30,329 nt of DNA from an uncultured Acidobacteriota bacterium. Lineage in GTDB: Bacteria > Acidobacteriota > Vicinamibacteria > Vicinamibacterales > UBA8438. The stretch is from contig CAJWLU010000033.1 in the NCBI GenBank assembly GCA_913043225.1, positions 1-30,329 of the forward strand, read 5' to 3'. Position numbers and translations under genes: made by a program. Below, piece after piece: positions 8,433 through 18,127 of the stretch (its first letter is position 1; every line of letters starts with the position of its first letter). Under the pieces are notes generated by a model that saw only the letters and a list, made by a program, of their open reading frames with translations, made no database searches and had not been told where the DNA came from.

Positions 8433-9091
8433 TGGCGGCGGCTCGCAGCACCCTGGTCCTCGTCCCGACCGAGCTCGAGCGTCGCCTCCTGGCTCGCCAA
8501 CCGGGCTTCGGGAGTGACGCTCGGACCGAGCTCTGTGGGTTCGGGCCTGTGACAGCGGCCGCCAGGACGGCCGAGCTCCTTGCTAGATTCAGTCCGACCC
8601 GTGTCCTGCTCGTCGGTATTGCCGGCACCTTCGATCCCGAGGCACTGCCGATCGGGACGGCCACCACCTTCGGCCGGGTGATGATGCACGGCATCGGCGT
8701 CGGAAGCGGTCCGGCATTCGTCCCTGCCGGCGCCATGGGCTTCCCTCATTGGAACGACCCCGATGCGAACGTACGGGTTGACGACCAGCTCGAACTGGCC
8801 TCCCCGGTACCGCCCGCCGACGGCGCTCTCCTTACCGCCTGCGCCGCTTCTATCTCGGCCGAAGACGCTGGTCACCGCATGAATCAGTGTCCCGGCGCGA
8901 TCGCCGAGGACATGGAGGGCTTCGCGGTGGCGCTCTCAGCCCGCCTGGCCAAGGTCCCAGTGGCCATCGTGCGAGGAATTTCGAACCATGTCGGCGATCG
9001 GAAGGTGGATGGCTGGCAGATTGGCGACGCCCTCGACGCGGCATGGACCGTCGCCTCTGACCTCGTCACCCATACGGACTGGAGCGCATGA
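8432..9091 (+). CDS. mqnB: Futalosine hydrolase (PNP/MTAN superfamily)
   Basis: LCGFGPVTAAA, LLVGIAG, AEDMEGFAVALSA, VRGISNHVGDRKVDGWQI; directly upstream of mqnD; TGATG overlap with the malic enzyme gene. Confidence 0.88.
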   Translation: MAAARSTLVLVPTELERRLLARQPGFGSDARTELCGFGPVTAAARTAELLARFSPTRVLLVGIAGTFDPEALPIGTATTFGRVMMHGIGVGSGPAFVPAGAMGFPHWNDPDANVRVDDQLELASPVPPADGALLTACAASISAEDAGHRMNQCPGAIAEDMEGFAVALSARLAKVPVAIVRGISNHVGDRKVDGWQIGDALDAAWTVASDLVTHTDWSA

Positions 9092-9945
9092 CTCCCATTC
9101 ATCTGGGCATCTCGACCTGCCCGAACGATACTTTCGCCTTCCACGGTATTCTGGAACAGCGGGTCGATCTGAGGGGTCTCGAGTTCCAGACCGAGCTGCT
9201 CGACGTCGAGGAACTCAATCAGCGTCTGGGTGCCGGCGACTTCGACGTGGCCAAGGCCAGCTTCCACACCGCGGTGCTCCTGTCAGGTGACCTTGGAGTG
9301 CTGCGCACTGGGTCGGCGCTGGGCTTTGGTGTCGGTCCTCTACTCCTGGCAGCTCGACCGGGCACCCACCCGCGAGACTCGCTGCGGCCGGACAACGACG
9401 CCCACCCGGCCCTGGTCCTGTGTCCGGGTGAGCACACGACGGCCACCCTACTCTACAAGCTGTTTCACCCTGGCGAAGGCGAACTGAGCCAGGTGGTATT
9501 CTCAGACATCATGCCGGCGCTCAAGAACGGTGATGCCGACTTCGGGGTCTGCATCCACGAAGGGCGTTTCACCTGGCAGCAGCAGGGGTTGGCCCTCATC
9601 GAGGATCTCGGAGCGCGTTGGGAAGAAGCGACGTCATCGCCGCTGCCGCTCGGAGGCATCCTGGTCCGGCACGGGCTCGGCCGAGAACTGATCACCACGG
9701 TGAGGGACGTGTTGACGGACTCTCTCGCCTACGCGCATGCCCACCGGGACGAAACGGTTACCACGATGCGACGCTACGCCCAGGAGCTCACCGAGGAGGT
9801 GATGTTCAAGCATGTCGACCTCTATGTGAACGAGTGGACGAGCGACCTTGGCGAGCTCGGCCGCGTCTCGCTCGGACTACTGCACCGCCAAGCCGTCGAC
9901 GTCGGTCTGTGCCCGCCGGACACGCCCGCGCTGAAGTTGTATTAG
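9088..9945 (+). CDS. mqnD: 1,4-dihydroxy-6-naphthoate synthase
   Basis: LGISTCPNDTFAF, DVEELN, GSALGFGVGPLL, PGEHTTATLL, IHEGRFT, PLPLGG, HVDLYVNEWT. Confidence 0.95.
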   Translation: MTPIHLGISTCPNDTFAFHGILEQRVDLRGLEFQTELLDVEELNQRLGAGDFDVAKASFHTAVLLSGDLGVLRTGSALGFGVGPLLLAARPGTHPRDSLRPDNDAHPALVLCPGEHTTATLLYKLFHPGEGELSQVVFSDIMPALKNGDADFGVCIHEGRFTWQQQGLALIEDLGARWEEATSSPLPLGGILVRHGLGRELITTVRDVLTDSLAYAHAHRDETVTTMRRYAQELTEEVMFKHVDLYVNEWTSDLGELGRVSLGLLHRQAVDVGLCPPDTPALKLY

Positions 9946-10091
9946 GGGCGACTGTATTGCCGCGCCAACCAGTCTTGGCTTTAGGCAGTTTCAGTTCGTA
10001 GGTGGAGCAAGCTAAGTGGGCTGTTCCTGTAAGGCGGGGCTAGGGTCCCCTCCCTACAAAGGCACAGAAACGGAGAAAGAAAGCAGGGCAG

Positions 10092-10979
10092 ATGCAAGGA
10101 AGTCGACAAGGGCGGGAAATTTCGATGGTGACGGCCCTTGCCGTCACGGTGGCGTGTGGAGGTAATCCGGAGGACGCCCCTACCCAGACCAAGCGCACCG
10201 TCATGGACGAGCCGGCAGCATTCGCACTGCCGCCGAGCGAAGAGACGGCAGCTGAGCGGCTCAACAGTTCGCCGCGGCATGGAGAGTGGGTTGACATCAC
10301 GCTGCCCGGCAGCGAGGTCCCGACCTCGGCATGGGTGGTGTATCCCGAGCGGGAAGGACCAGCGCCGATCGTCTTGGTAATCCACGAGATCTTCGGGCTG
10401 ACTGACTGGGTTTGGGGCGTGGCGGATCAGTTTGCGGCCGACGGATTTATTGCAGTGGCGCCGGATCTCCTGTCCGGCCTCGGCCCGGACGGCGGAGGCA
10501 CTCACTCGCTCGGAGCCCGGGATAACGTCGTAGCCACGATCCGGAGCCTTGAACCTGGCGAGCGCACCCGTCGGCTCGACGCCGTGCGAACCTACGCGCT
10601 CTCGATCCTGTCAGGGAACGGCAAGCTCGGTACCGTGGGCTTCTGCTGGGGTGGCGGCGCCAGCTTCAACTACGCTATCGACCAACCAGCGCTCGACGCC
10701 GCAGTGGTCTACTACGGCAGTTCCCCCACCGACGCCCGGCCCTACGCCAACGTTAACGCACCAGTGCTTGGCCTGTATGGCGGCAATGACGAACGAGTGA
10801 ACGCCACTATTCCGGACGCCGAGGCCGGCATGACCGGCAAGTCGTTCGAAGTGATCGTCTACGACGGCGCCGGCCACGGCTTCTTGCGGGCTCAAGAACG
10901 ACGGGAGGGCGCGAACCTAGCCGCCAGCGAGCTGGCTTGGCCGAGAACGGTAGAGTTCTTCAGGGAGCACCTGAAATAG
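10092..10979 (+). CDS. Dienelactone hydrolase family protein, probable lipoprotein
   Basis: VIHEIFGL, nucleophile GFCWGG, GGNDERVN, GAGHGF; lipobox-like LAVTVA-CGG. Exact start uncertain. Confidence 0.9.
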   Translation: MQGSRQGREISMVTALAVTVACGGNPEDAPTQTKRTVMDEPAAFALPPSEETAAERLNSSPRHGEWVDITLPGSEVPTSAWVVYPEREGPAPIVLVIHEIFGLTDWVWGVADQFAADGFIAVAPDLLSGLGPDGGGTHSLGARDNVVATIRSLEPGERTRRLDAVRTYALSILSGNGKLGTVGFCWGGGASFNYAIDQPALDAAVVYYGSSPTDARPYANVNAPVLGLYGGNDERVNATIPDAEAGMTGKSFEVIVYDGAGHGFLRAQERREGANLAASELAWPRTVEFFREHLK

Positions 10980-11003
10980 GCGCCGGCCGGAGGCCGATGC
11001 CTA
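10977..11003. terminator. GC-rich hairpin bridging two convergent stop codons
   Basis: TAGGCgcCGGCC-gga-GGCCGatGCCTA inverted repeat whose arms include both TAG stops; no U-tract. Confidence 0.4.
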
Positions 11004-11375
11004 CCCGCCGGCCCTCAAAGCCCCCACCGCCAGCGCTACCCAGCCGGCGATGAAGCACACCCCGCCGATCGGCGTGATAGCGCCAAGCCAGCGGATGCCG
11101 GTGATGGCCAGGACGTAGAGACTGCCGGAAAAAATGAGGATGCCGGCGACGAAGAGATAGCCGGCCGCCGTGGTCGAGGCACCCGGCCAGCGAGAGGCAG
11201 CCCAGGCCACGGCCAGCAGGCCCAGGGCGTGGCTGATGTGGTAGCGCACGCCGATCTCGTAGGTTGCCAGCATGTCGGCGCTCAGCCTGCTCTGCAGCCC
11301 ATGGGCCCCAAACGCCCCAAGGATCACGCCCAACCCACACAGTAACGCCCCTGTCGCGAACCAACCAGCTACCAT
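11001..11375 (-). CDS. DUF423 (YgdD/TMEM256) small membrane protein
   Basis: LGAFGAHGL, GVRYHISHALGLL, IFSGSLY, LGAITPIGG. Confidence 0.92.
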   Translation of the reverse strand: MVAGWFATGALLCGLGVILGAFGAHGLQSRLSADMLATYEIGVRYHISHALGLLAVAWAASRWPGASTTAAGYLFVAGILIFSGSLYVLAITGIRWLGAITPIGGVCFIAGWVALAVGALRAGG

Positions 11376-11380
11376 GACCC

Positions 11381-11390
11381 CTTATAATAC
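11381..11390. promoter_or_regulatory. Overlapping bidirectional -10 elements between DUF423 and ytxJ
   Basis: 26-bp spacer contains TATAAT (+, 11383-11388) and TATTAT (-, 11389-11384). Confidence 0.55.
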
Positions 11391-11401
11391 CTATACAGAA
11401 G

Positions 11402-11782
11402 ATGTTCTTTCGTCGCCGAGAAAAAACCGCGTCTCCGGACACGCCTCCCGCCAGGGCCTACCTGCCCGAGATTGAAGATCAGGAGACACTGGACACGGTC
11501 CTGGCCAGCGAGCGGGCCATCCTCTACAAGCACAGCACTCGCTGCGTCGTCTCGAGTTGGAGCTTCCGCGAGGTCCGGAACTTCGCGGCCGATCACCCCG
11601 AATGGCCGGTCTACGTGTTGAAGGTGATCGAGGAACGGGCGCTCTCGAATCAGGTGGCCGACCGCTTGGGCATCCAGCACCAGTCTCCGCAAGCCTTCGT
11701 CATCAGAAACGGCGAGGTCGTCTGGGACGGCTCCCACAACGATGTCTCGGCTGACGTCCTCGTCCGTCAAATCCAGGCCTGA
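11402..11782 (+). CDS. ytxJ: Bacillithiol-system monothiol redox protein YtxJ/BrxC (DUF2847, thioredoxin fold)
   Basis: YKHSTRCVVS, RALSNQVADRLGIQHQSPQ, WDGSH. Confidence 0.88.
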   Translation: MFFRRREKTASPDTPPARAYLPEIEDQETLDTVLASERAILYKHSTRCVVSSWSFREVRNFAADHPEWPVYVLKVIEERALSNQVADRLGIQHQSPQAFVIRNGEVVWDGSHNDVSADVLVRQIQA

Positions 11783-12105
11783 TCAGACAGCCATCGCGCG
11801 CTCGAAGAACTGCTTCACGAAGCGTCAGACAGCCTGAATCCCACCTTCAAACCAGGCCGGCCGCTGGCTTGTGGCCGCGCACCCGATGAACAGTCTCCGA
11901 TCGGGCTAGCTCAGTCGGGTCAACAAGCTCTGGGTTGGCGTTCCGGTTGAGCCCAGCATCGAACTCATAGTCCATTGCAGAATGTGTCGTCGCGTCAAGC
12001 TAGTTTCATCGAGCCGGCCGGGCGTGTGCTTCTTGACGCGCCTCCCCTTCCCCAAGGTGGAACGCGAATCGGCCGGAGTGCAGCTCAGGTGTAGAATCCG
12101 GTGCC

Positions 12106-12420
12106 ATGGAGCAGACAGTGCGGTTCTTCGTGGGACAGGTGGTACACCATGAGAAATTCGACTATCGGGGCGTCATCTACGACGTCGACGCCACCTTCCA
12201 GGGCACCGATGAGTGGTATGACGAGGTCGCCCGCTCCCGTCCCCCGAAGGATCAGCCTTGGTATCACGTGCTGGTCGATCATGGCGATCACACTACCTAC
12301 GTGGCCGAGCGGCATCTGACAGCCGCCCGGGACGCCGGTCCCATCGCTCACCCCCTGATCGGCGAAGTCCTGGGGGCCTTTGCCGACGACCGCTACGTCC
12401 CCAAAGGCGGTATCCAGTAG
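12106..12420 (+). CDS. hspQ: Heat shock protein HspQ (YccV-like domain)
   Basis: FFVGQVVHHEKFDYRGVIYDVD, PPKDQPWYHVLVD, TYVAERHL. Confidence 0.9.
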   Translation: MEQTVRFFVGQVVHHEKFDYRGVIYDVDATFQGTDEWYDEVARSRPPKDQPWYHVLVDHGDHTTYVAERHLTAARDAGPIAHPLIGEVLGAFADDRYVPKGGIQ

Positions 12421-15039
12421 CTACCTGGACGTCCAGATCGTCGTCTTCACGGCAAGAATGTTGTCGCCGATGGCCGACAACGACTCGAAGAGGTCGCCGA
12501 ATCCTACGTGGCTCCCCTGCGACTCGAAGCTATCCCGGTTCTGCTGCCAAACCACGAACAGCGTACTCCCTGGCCGCCACTCCCAGCGCAACACAACGTT
12601 GCTCCGGAAGGATCGGATGTTGAAGTCGCGGTTCGGCAGCACGAAGGTGTCGCCCCCGTCGGTCACACTGTAGGTCCCGTCTTCCTGGCGAACGATGGTG
12701 CTGCCCTGCTCGCCGTAGATCCGCAGATCGCGCTCTCCGGGCAAGTGCGTTTCGCCGTAACGGAGATAGCGGCCACTGGCGGCGAACGGCTCCGCGTAGA
12801 CGTCCAGCGTCATGTCCGGCTTGAAGGTATAGCTCACCCGGAACTGCATCGCCAGTGTCGTCCGGTCCGGGAACCCAAACACATAGCGGCGACCGAACGT
12901 TCCCGGGCGGCCGCCGGCCAACGTTGTTAGATACTGCCGATTGATCGGCCCGCTGAAGGTGGCTCGCGTCCCCCGCTCGCTCCGATAGTCCGGCTCTACC
13001 GACAACTCCAACGACGGCGACGGGCGCACCGACAGTCCGGCACCGATCCGCCAGGTGTAGTCGCCAAGCTCGTTGGACTGATAGCGGGCTCGGGTACTGA
13101 ACCGGGTCTGCGACCCGGCGCGGTTCCGCAACGACCAGTTCACGCCCCACCCGAGCGGAACCCCCATCACCGGACCACCGCGGGTCAGCTGCGCATCGAG
13201 TCCCCGCAGATAACGCGTCGCGCTGACGCTCGTGGACCAGAAGTTAAGGAACGTCACGTTCGCGTTCGCCCCGACGTTATAGCGATTGCCCAGGGTCCGG
13301 TCGAAGTAGGAGTAATGGGTGAGATTGGGCCCAAACGAGTACGCTCGAAACCAGCGCCCGGGCACCGTCTCACGATAGGTCAGCTGTGCACGCCAGGTAT
13401 AGTCGCCGGCAAAGTTCAGCCGCCCGAAGTCGCTGGGCTCAAACTCGGGCGACTCGATCATGAAGCTCGCATTCCAGATCCAGTGGCGCCCAGACAGCTT
13501 GCTAATCCGCCCCGTCACCTGAGCCCCGTCGAGCGCCCGGCGATCAGGATCGAACGGGCTGTCCTCCCAATCGATCCGCTGAAACAAATGGGAATTCCGG
13601 CGCTGGAAACCGGTAATCGCATCCGGCTCGCCGTCGATGTGAGTAATGCCGACGTTGAACGACGCCTCGTAGCCCTGGTCCAAGAACCGGATCCGGGTAT
13701 CAGCACCTGCCGTGATCGCGTTCCGACTCAAAACCGCCGCCAGGGGATCGCCTGGCGCCATGCCCCGATGGAGCATCGTTAGGTGACCGCCCACGGTCGA
13801 GCCCTGATCTCCCACCTCCTGAATAACCCGGGCGACCCCCCACCCAGACCGCGGGGCAACCATGGTACTTCCGAGCACACCGTCGGTCGACGTCCGCGCG
13901 AATTCCTGGTCGGTCACCGCCCCCAGCAGCCCGATCGAGGTGCCGGAGGCCAGACGTCCCGTCAGCTTGGCAGCCCCGAGGATGGTGGCCGTCTCGGGAC
14001 GGTCGACGAAGTCGCCCGATGCCGCGCCTGAGGGCCGCGCCCCGATACGGCGCGAGTAGTAGTAGTTACCAGTACCAGCCGTGAGCACGTCGTTCCCCTC
14101 GAGGAAGAAGGGCCGTCGCTCGGAGAAGATGGTCTCGAACACAGTCAGATTGACCTCGGCCGGGTCAGCATCGATCTGTCCGAAATCGGGATTGAAAGCG
14201 ACGTCGAGGGTCAGATTTGGTCCGAGCCCGACCTTCACGTCCGCACCCAGCCGTCCTCCGAGGTTCTTACCATCGTCGAATGGATTGTCGTGGTCGCGGT
14301 CACCAGTCAGCCGCGATGACGCAGCCACGTAGGGCAGCACCTCCAGCCGGCCTCGAGGCTCCACGCCTTCGATACCCCGGAGTTCTCCAAATCGCGAAGC
14401 CCATCCACTCTCGGTGCGACGAACCAGCGCCCAGTAGACCTCCTCGTTGGTGGCTGGGATGTCCCGCTTGATGTTGAGTCCGAACACGCGCTCCGCGCGT
14501 TCATTGAATCGAAGCTGCGAAAACGGCAGCCACAACTCAGCGGTCCAACCGTCGGCGGTCCGCACGGTACGCGCTTGCCACACCGGGTCGTACTCCAGGT
14601 CCCGGTTCCCCTCACTGTCGCGCGGATGGTAGTGGTCCAGCCGCACCCCTGCCGCAGTAACGCCGAACATGTAGGCAGTACGGCGGTCGAAGTAAGTGTC
14701 CAGCTCGATCTGGATCGACTCTGCCTGACCACCGTCATCACGGCGACTGAGCGGGGCCTGGACCGGCGCAGCGCTGAACATTCGCGCACCGACGTAGAGC
14801 GCCCCATTGTCATAGGCAAAGCGAACCTCCATCCGATCGGTCGGAGGAGCTCCCTCATCCGGTTCGGCCTGCACGAAGTCAGTCACCGCCGGCGCCCTCC
14901 TCCACACCGCCTCGTCGAGCGAACCATCGATCCGCACACCTCCGTCGTCTACCCGTACGGCGCGCGCCTGCTTGGTGGGTAACTGGGCATGCGCCCAGAG
15001 CGGCACGAGCACGAGCATCGAGACAAGTAGCGAACGCAT
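12421..15039 (-). CDS. Exported CBM9-like domain + DUF5916 outer-membrane beta-barrel protein
   Basis: Signal peptide ending AHA; IDGSLDEAVW, GWTAELWLPFSQLRF, NPDFGQIDADP, FSERRPFFLEG, YYSRRIG, NVVLRWEWRPGSTLFVVW. Confidence 0.85.
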   Translation of the reverse strand: MRSLLVSMLVLVPLWAHAQLPTKQARAVRVDDGGVRIDGSLDEAVWRRAPAVTDFVQAEPDEGAPPTDRMEVRFAYDNGALYVGARMFSAAPVQAPLSRRDDGGQAESIQIELDTYFDRRTAYMFGVTAAGVRLDHYHPRDSEGNRDLEYDPVWQARTVRTADGWTAELWLPFSQLRFNERAERVFGLNIKRDIPATNEEVYWALVRRTESGWASRFGELRGIEGVEPRGRLEVLPYVAASSRLTGDRDHDNPFDDGKNLGGRLGADVKVGLGPNLTLDVAFNPDFGQIDADPAEVNLTVFETIFSERRPFFLEGNDVLTAGTGNYYYSRRIGARPSGAASGDFVDRPETATILGAAKLTGRLASGTSIGLLGAVTDQEFARTSTDGVLGSTMVAPRSGWGVARVIQEVGDQGSTVGGHLTMLHRGMAPGDPLAAVLSRNAITAGADTRIRFLDQGYEASFNVGITHIDGEPDAITGFQRRNSHLFQRIDWEDSPFDPDRRALDGAQVTGRISKLSGRHWIWNASFMIESPEFEPSDFGRLNFAGDYTWRAQLTYRETVPGRWFRAYSFGPNLTHYSYFDRTLGNRYNVGANANVTFLNFWSTSVSATRYLRGLDAQLTRGGPVMGVPLGWGVNWSLRNRAGSQTRFSTRARYQSNELGDYTWRIGAGLSVRPSPSLELSVEPDYRSERGTRATFSGPINRQYLTTLAGGRPGTFGRRYVFGFPDRTTLAMQFRVSYTFKPDMTLDVYAEPFAASGRYLRYGETHLPGERDLRIYGEQGSTIVRQEDGTYSVTDGGDTFVLPNRDFNIRSFRSNVVLRWEWRPGSTLFVVWQQNRDSFESQGSHVGFGDLFESLSAIGDNILAVKTTIWTSR

Positions 15040-15176
15040 CAGGTCAGAGGCAATTGATTCGGTGGATCTGGGTCCGTGGATCTTATCCCCTCAGCCTCGA
15101 AAGACAGTGGCAGAAGTGCGGCGGCGACTCCGTACGAGCGCCGCGACCGGGAGGCCCCCTTGATAAGATGCAGGGC

Positions 15177-17009
15177 GTGGCGCTACTCGGTTGGACGCTG
15201 GGGTTTCTCCGCCCCTACCGCTGGCGGGCAGCGGCCATCGTGGCCCTGGCGCTGACCGAGGTAGGCCTGGCCACGCTCGCTCCCTGGCCACTGAAGGTCC
15301 TGGTCGACAGCGTCCTCGGCGAGACCCCGCTCTCCTCCGGGCTGACCGCGCTCCTTCCCGGGACGATGATCTCGAGCGCCACCGCTCTGCTCGTCGCCGT
15401 GGTGGTGGCGGGCGTCGTCATTCAGCTGGGCGGCGAGATGGTACGGGTGATCCACACCCAGCTCCAGGTTGGGGTGGGACAGCGGGTGATCTACGCCCTA
15501 CGGGAGCAGCTGCTGGAGCACCTGCAGCGCTTGCCTCTCGGCCACCACATCACACACCGGACCGCCGACGCCGTGTATCGCCTGGACGCCGATGCCTACT
15601 GTGTGGACGACCTCATTATCGGTGGCGTCTTCCCGCTGCTCTTGGCTGGCCTCAACCTGGCGGTGATGTTCGCCGTCCTGGCCTATGTCGACCTGACGCT
15701 GGCGCTGCTGGCTCTCATCGTCTTGCCGTTCCTCTATCTGTCGCTACGGCGCAACACCGGACCGATCAGCGAGCGCGCCGAGTCTGTGAAGCTCGGCGAA
15801 TCTACCCTAATCGAGCGCGCGTTCGAGGTTCTCTCTTCGATCGCTGCGGTCAAGAGCTTCGGCCGCGAGCGTCATGAGCTCGAACGGTTTTCGGCCGCCG
15901 GTGCCAAGACAATGCGGGCGCGCCTCGGCCTCACGTGGCAGGAATCACGGTTCTCGCTATCGGTAACCGCCATCACTCTGCTGGGCACCGCCCTCGTCCT
16001 GCTGGTCGGAGGCCTGCATGTGCTCAACGGCCAGTTGACTGTGGGGAGCCTCCTCGTAGTCATCGCCTACCTGTCGGCCGTCTATGCCCCGGTGTCCGAG
16101 ATTGCGCGAACGACCGGCTCTCTGCAACAGGCGGTGGTCAGCGCCAGACGAGTCCAGGAATTGCTGGCACTGCCCCCGGAGGAGGACCAACCCGACGCTG
16201 TCCTCGCCGACCAGCTCGAGGGGCGGATCCGGTTCGACGCGGTCGACTTTTCGTATGACGGCCAGCGACCAGTGCTCGAAGACGTCAGCTTTGCCGCCCA
16301 GCCTGGCGAACTGGTGGCGCTGGTCGGGCTAACAGGCGCCGGCAAGACGACGCTCGCCAACCTTATACCTCGGCTGCTCGAACCTACTCGTGGCCAGGTG
16401 CTGCTCGACGGACGGCCGGTCTCCGCTTATCGACTGGACTCGCTTCGCGACCGGATCGCGCTGGTCCCCCAGACTCCGGTGCTCTTCACCGGCTCGATCG
16501 CCGACAACATTCGCTACGGACGGCTCGACGCCTCAGATGCAGACGTCCAGGCTGCGGCAAATGCCGCCCACGCGCACGACTTCATTGCCCGCTTCCCTGA
16601 AAAATACGCCACCAACGTCGCCGAAGCGGGCGCGTCGCTGTCGGGCGGAGAGCGGCAGCGCATAGGCATCGCACGGGCGCTGCTGAAGAATGCGCCCATC
16701 CTCATTCTGGACGAGCCCACCTCGTCGCTCGACGCGCTCTCGGAAGCGGAGGTGTTCGACGCACTCCGCCTACTCCGACGGGGTCGGACGACGCTGGTCA
16801 TCGCCCACCGGCTATCCACTATTCAGGATGCCGACCGGATCTTGGTACTCCATCACGGCCGGATACTGGCCCAGGGTACTCACGAGGCGCTGCTGGCCTC
16901 GACGCCGCTGTATCGGGCCATGTGCGCCAGGCTCTCGCTGGGACGCTCACTCGACGTCTCCAGCACCTCGACCGTCGACGAACTCCTCCAGGATCTTTCG
17001 CCCAGATGA
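15177..17009 (+). CDS. ABC exporter, fused permease + ATPase (MsbA/Sav1866-like)
   Basis: N-terminal hydrophobic helices; GLTGAGKTT, LSGGERQR, ILILDEPTS, IAHRLST. Start set at GTG 15177 (TGA-TAAGAT 7 nt upstream); ATG 15168 is an alternative. Confidence 0.93.
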   Translation: MALLGWTLGFLRPYRWRAAAIVALALTEVGLATLAPWPLKVLVDSVLGETPLSSGLTALLPGTMISSATALLVAVVVAGVVIQLGGEMVRVIHTQLQVGVGQRVIYALREQLLEHLQRLPLGHHITHRTADAVYRLDADAYCVDDLIIGGVFPLLLAGLNLAVMFAVLAYVDLTLALLALIVLPFLYLSLRRNTGPISERAESVKLGESTLIERAFEVLSSIAAVKSFGRERHELERFSAAGAKTMRARLGLTWQESRFSLSVTAITLLGTALVLLVGGLHVLNGQLTVGSLLVVIAYLSAVYAPVSEIARTTGSLQQAVVSARRVQELLALPPEEDQPDAVLADQLEGRIRFDAVDFSYDGQRPVLEDVSFAAQPGELVALVGLTGAGKTTLANLIPRLLEPTRGQVLLDGRPVSAYRLDSLRDRIALVPQTPVLFTGSIADNIRYGRLDASDADVQAAANAAHAHDFIARFPEKYATNVAEAGASLSGGERQRIGIARALLKNAPILILDEPTSSLDALSEAEVFDALRLLRRGRTTLVIAHRLSTIQDADRILVLHHGRILAQGTHEALLASTPLYRAMCARLSLGRSLDVSSTSTVDELLQDLSPR

Positions 17010-18127
17010 GGATCCTGCTGGCTGGCATCGTAGGGCGCTATCCTTTCGGCGGCGTGGCCTGGTGCGCACGTATGTATCTGGCGGGTCTGCGAGCACTTGG
17101 CCACGAGCTCTGCTACGTGGAGGATACGGGCGAGTGTGCCTACGACCCGGTGCAAAACACGCTAACCGAAGAACCCAGCTACGGCACAGGCTACATCACA
17201 GACACATTGACTCCGCTGGGACTGGGTGAACGGTGGTGCTACGTCAACTACGATGGCACCTACCACGGCATGTCACGGGACGCGCTGCAACGCTACTGTC
17301 AAGGTGCCGACCTCTTTATCAATCTGTCGGGAGGCGCCTGGTTCTGGCGGGACGAGTATTTCCGCATTCCGAAGAAGGTCTTCATCGACTCCGATCCCGT
17401 CTTCACTCAGCTGGCCATTGCCAAGGGTGTCGACTGGTATGTCGACTTCTTCCGCCGGTTCGACCGGCTGTTCACCTTTGGCGCAAACATCGGCCACGCC
17501 GACTGTGACGTCCCGACCGGCGAGTTTGACTGGATCCACACCTGGCAACCAGTGACCATCGAGGACTGGCGCACGTCCACACCGGCCACGCGAGAACGCT
17601 TCACCACCGTAATGACCTGGCGGACGGAGAGCTTCACCGACGTCGACGGTAACAAGGACCGCGAGTTCGTGCAGTTCATCACCCTGCCGGACCGGGCGCC
17701 GAAGCGGTTCGCCCTTGCGGTCAATGGCCCCCTGCCCCTGCTAGCAGACCATGGCTGGTCGCCGTTACCGGCCATGGAGGTCTCTCGCACGCCGGACGCC
17801 TATCGGGAGTTCATCCAGAGCTCCTGGGCTGAATTCGGTGTCGCCAAGCACGCCTATGTTCACCACCGCTCGGGCTGGTTCAGCGACCGGACCGAGTGCT
17901 ACCTCGCCGCCGGTCGCCCCGCCCTGGTCCAGGACACTGGGTGGAGCGACCACGTGCCAGCCGGTACGGGCCTGCTGGCCTTCAGCACTCCGGATGAAGC
18001 GACCGCCGGTATCGAGGCGATCGACACCGACTACCCACGACACGCGGCGCACGCCCGCGAGATCGCCCGCGAGACATTCGCCGCCGACCGGGTCCTACCA
18101 CCGTTTCTCGAGCAGGCGTTCGCATGA
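17006..18127 (+). CDS. Uncharacterised GT-B-fold glycosyltransferase
   Basis: ATGA overlap with the ABC gene; MRILLAG...GLRALGHE N-terminus; C-terminal SGWFSDRTECYLAAGRPALVQDTG resembles the GT-B nucleotide-sugar-binding segment. Confidence 0.7.
   Translation: MRILLAGIVGRYPFGGVAWCARMYLAGLRALGHELCYVEDTGECAYDPVQNTLTEEPSYGTGYITDTLTPLGLGERWCYVNYDGTYHGMSRDALQRYCQGADLFINLSGGAWFWRDEYFRIPKKVFIDSDPVFTQLAIAKGVDWYVDFFRRFDRLFTFGANIGHADCDVPTGEFDWIHTWQPVTIEDWRTSTPATRERFTTVMTWRTESFTDVDGNKDREFVQFITLPDRAPKRFALAVNGPLPLLADHGWSPLPAMEVSRTPDAYREFIQSSWAEFGVAKHAYVHHRSGWFSDRTECYLAAGRPALVQDTGWSDHVPAGTGLLAFSTPDEATAGIEAIDTDYPRHAAHAREIARETFAADRVLPPFLEQAFA

Noticed and set aside
9946..10091. Lower-GC, purine-rich spacer as ncRNA or terminator
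   Set aside because: Only a weak TAGGG/CCCTA stem; consistent with an ordinary promoter/leader.
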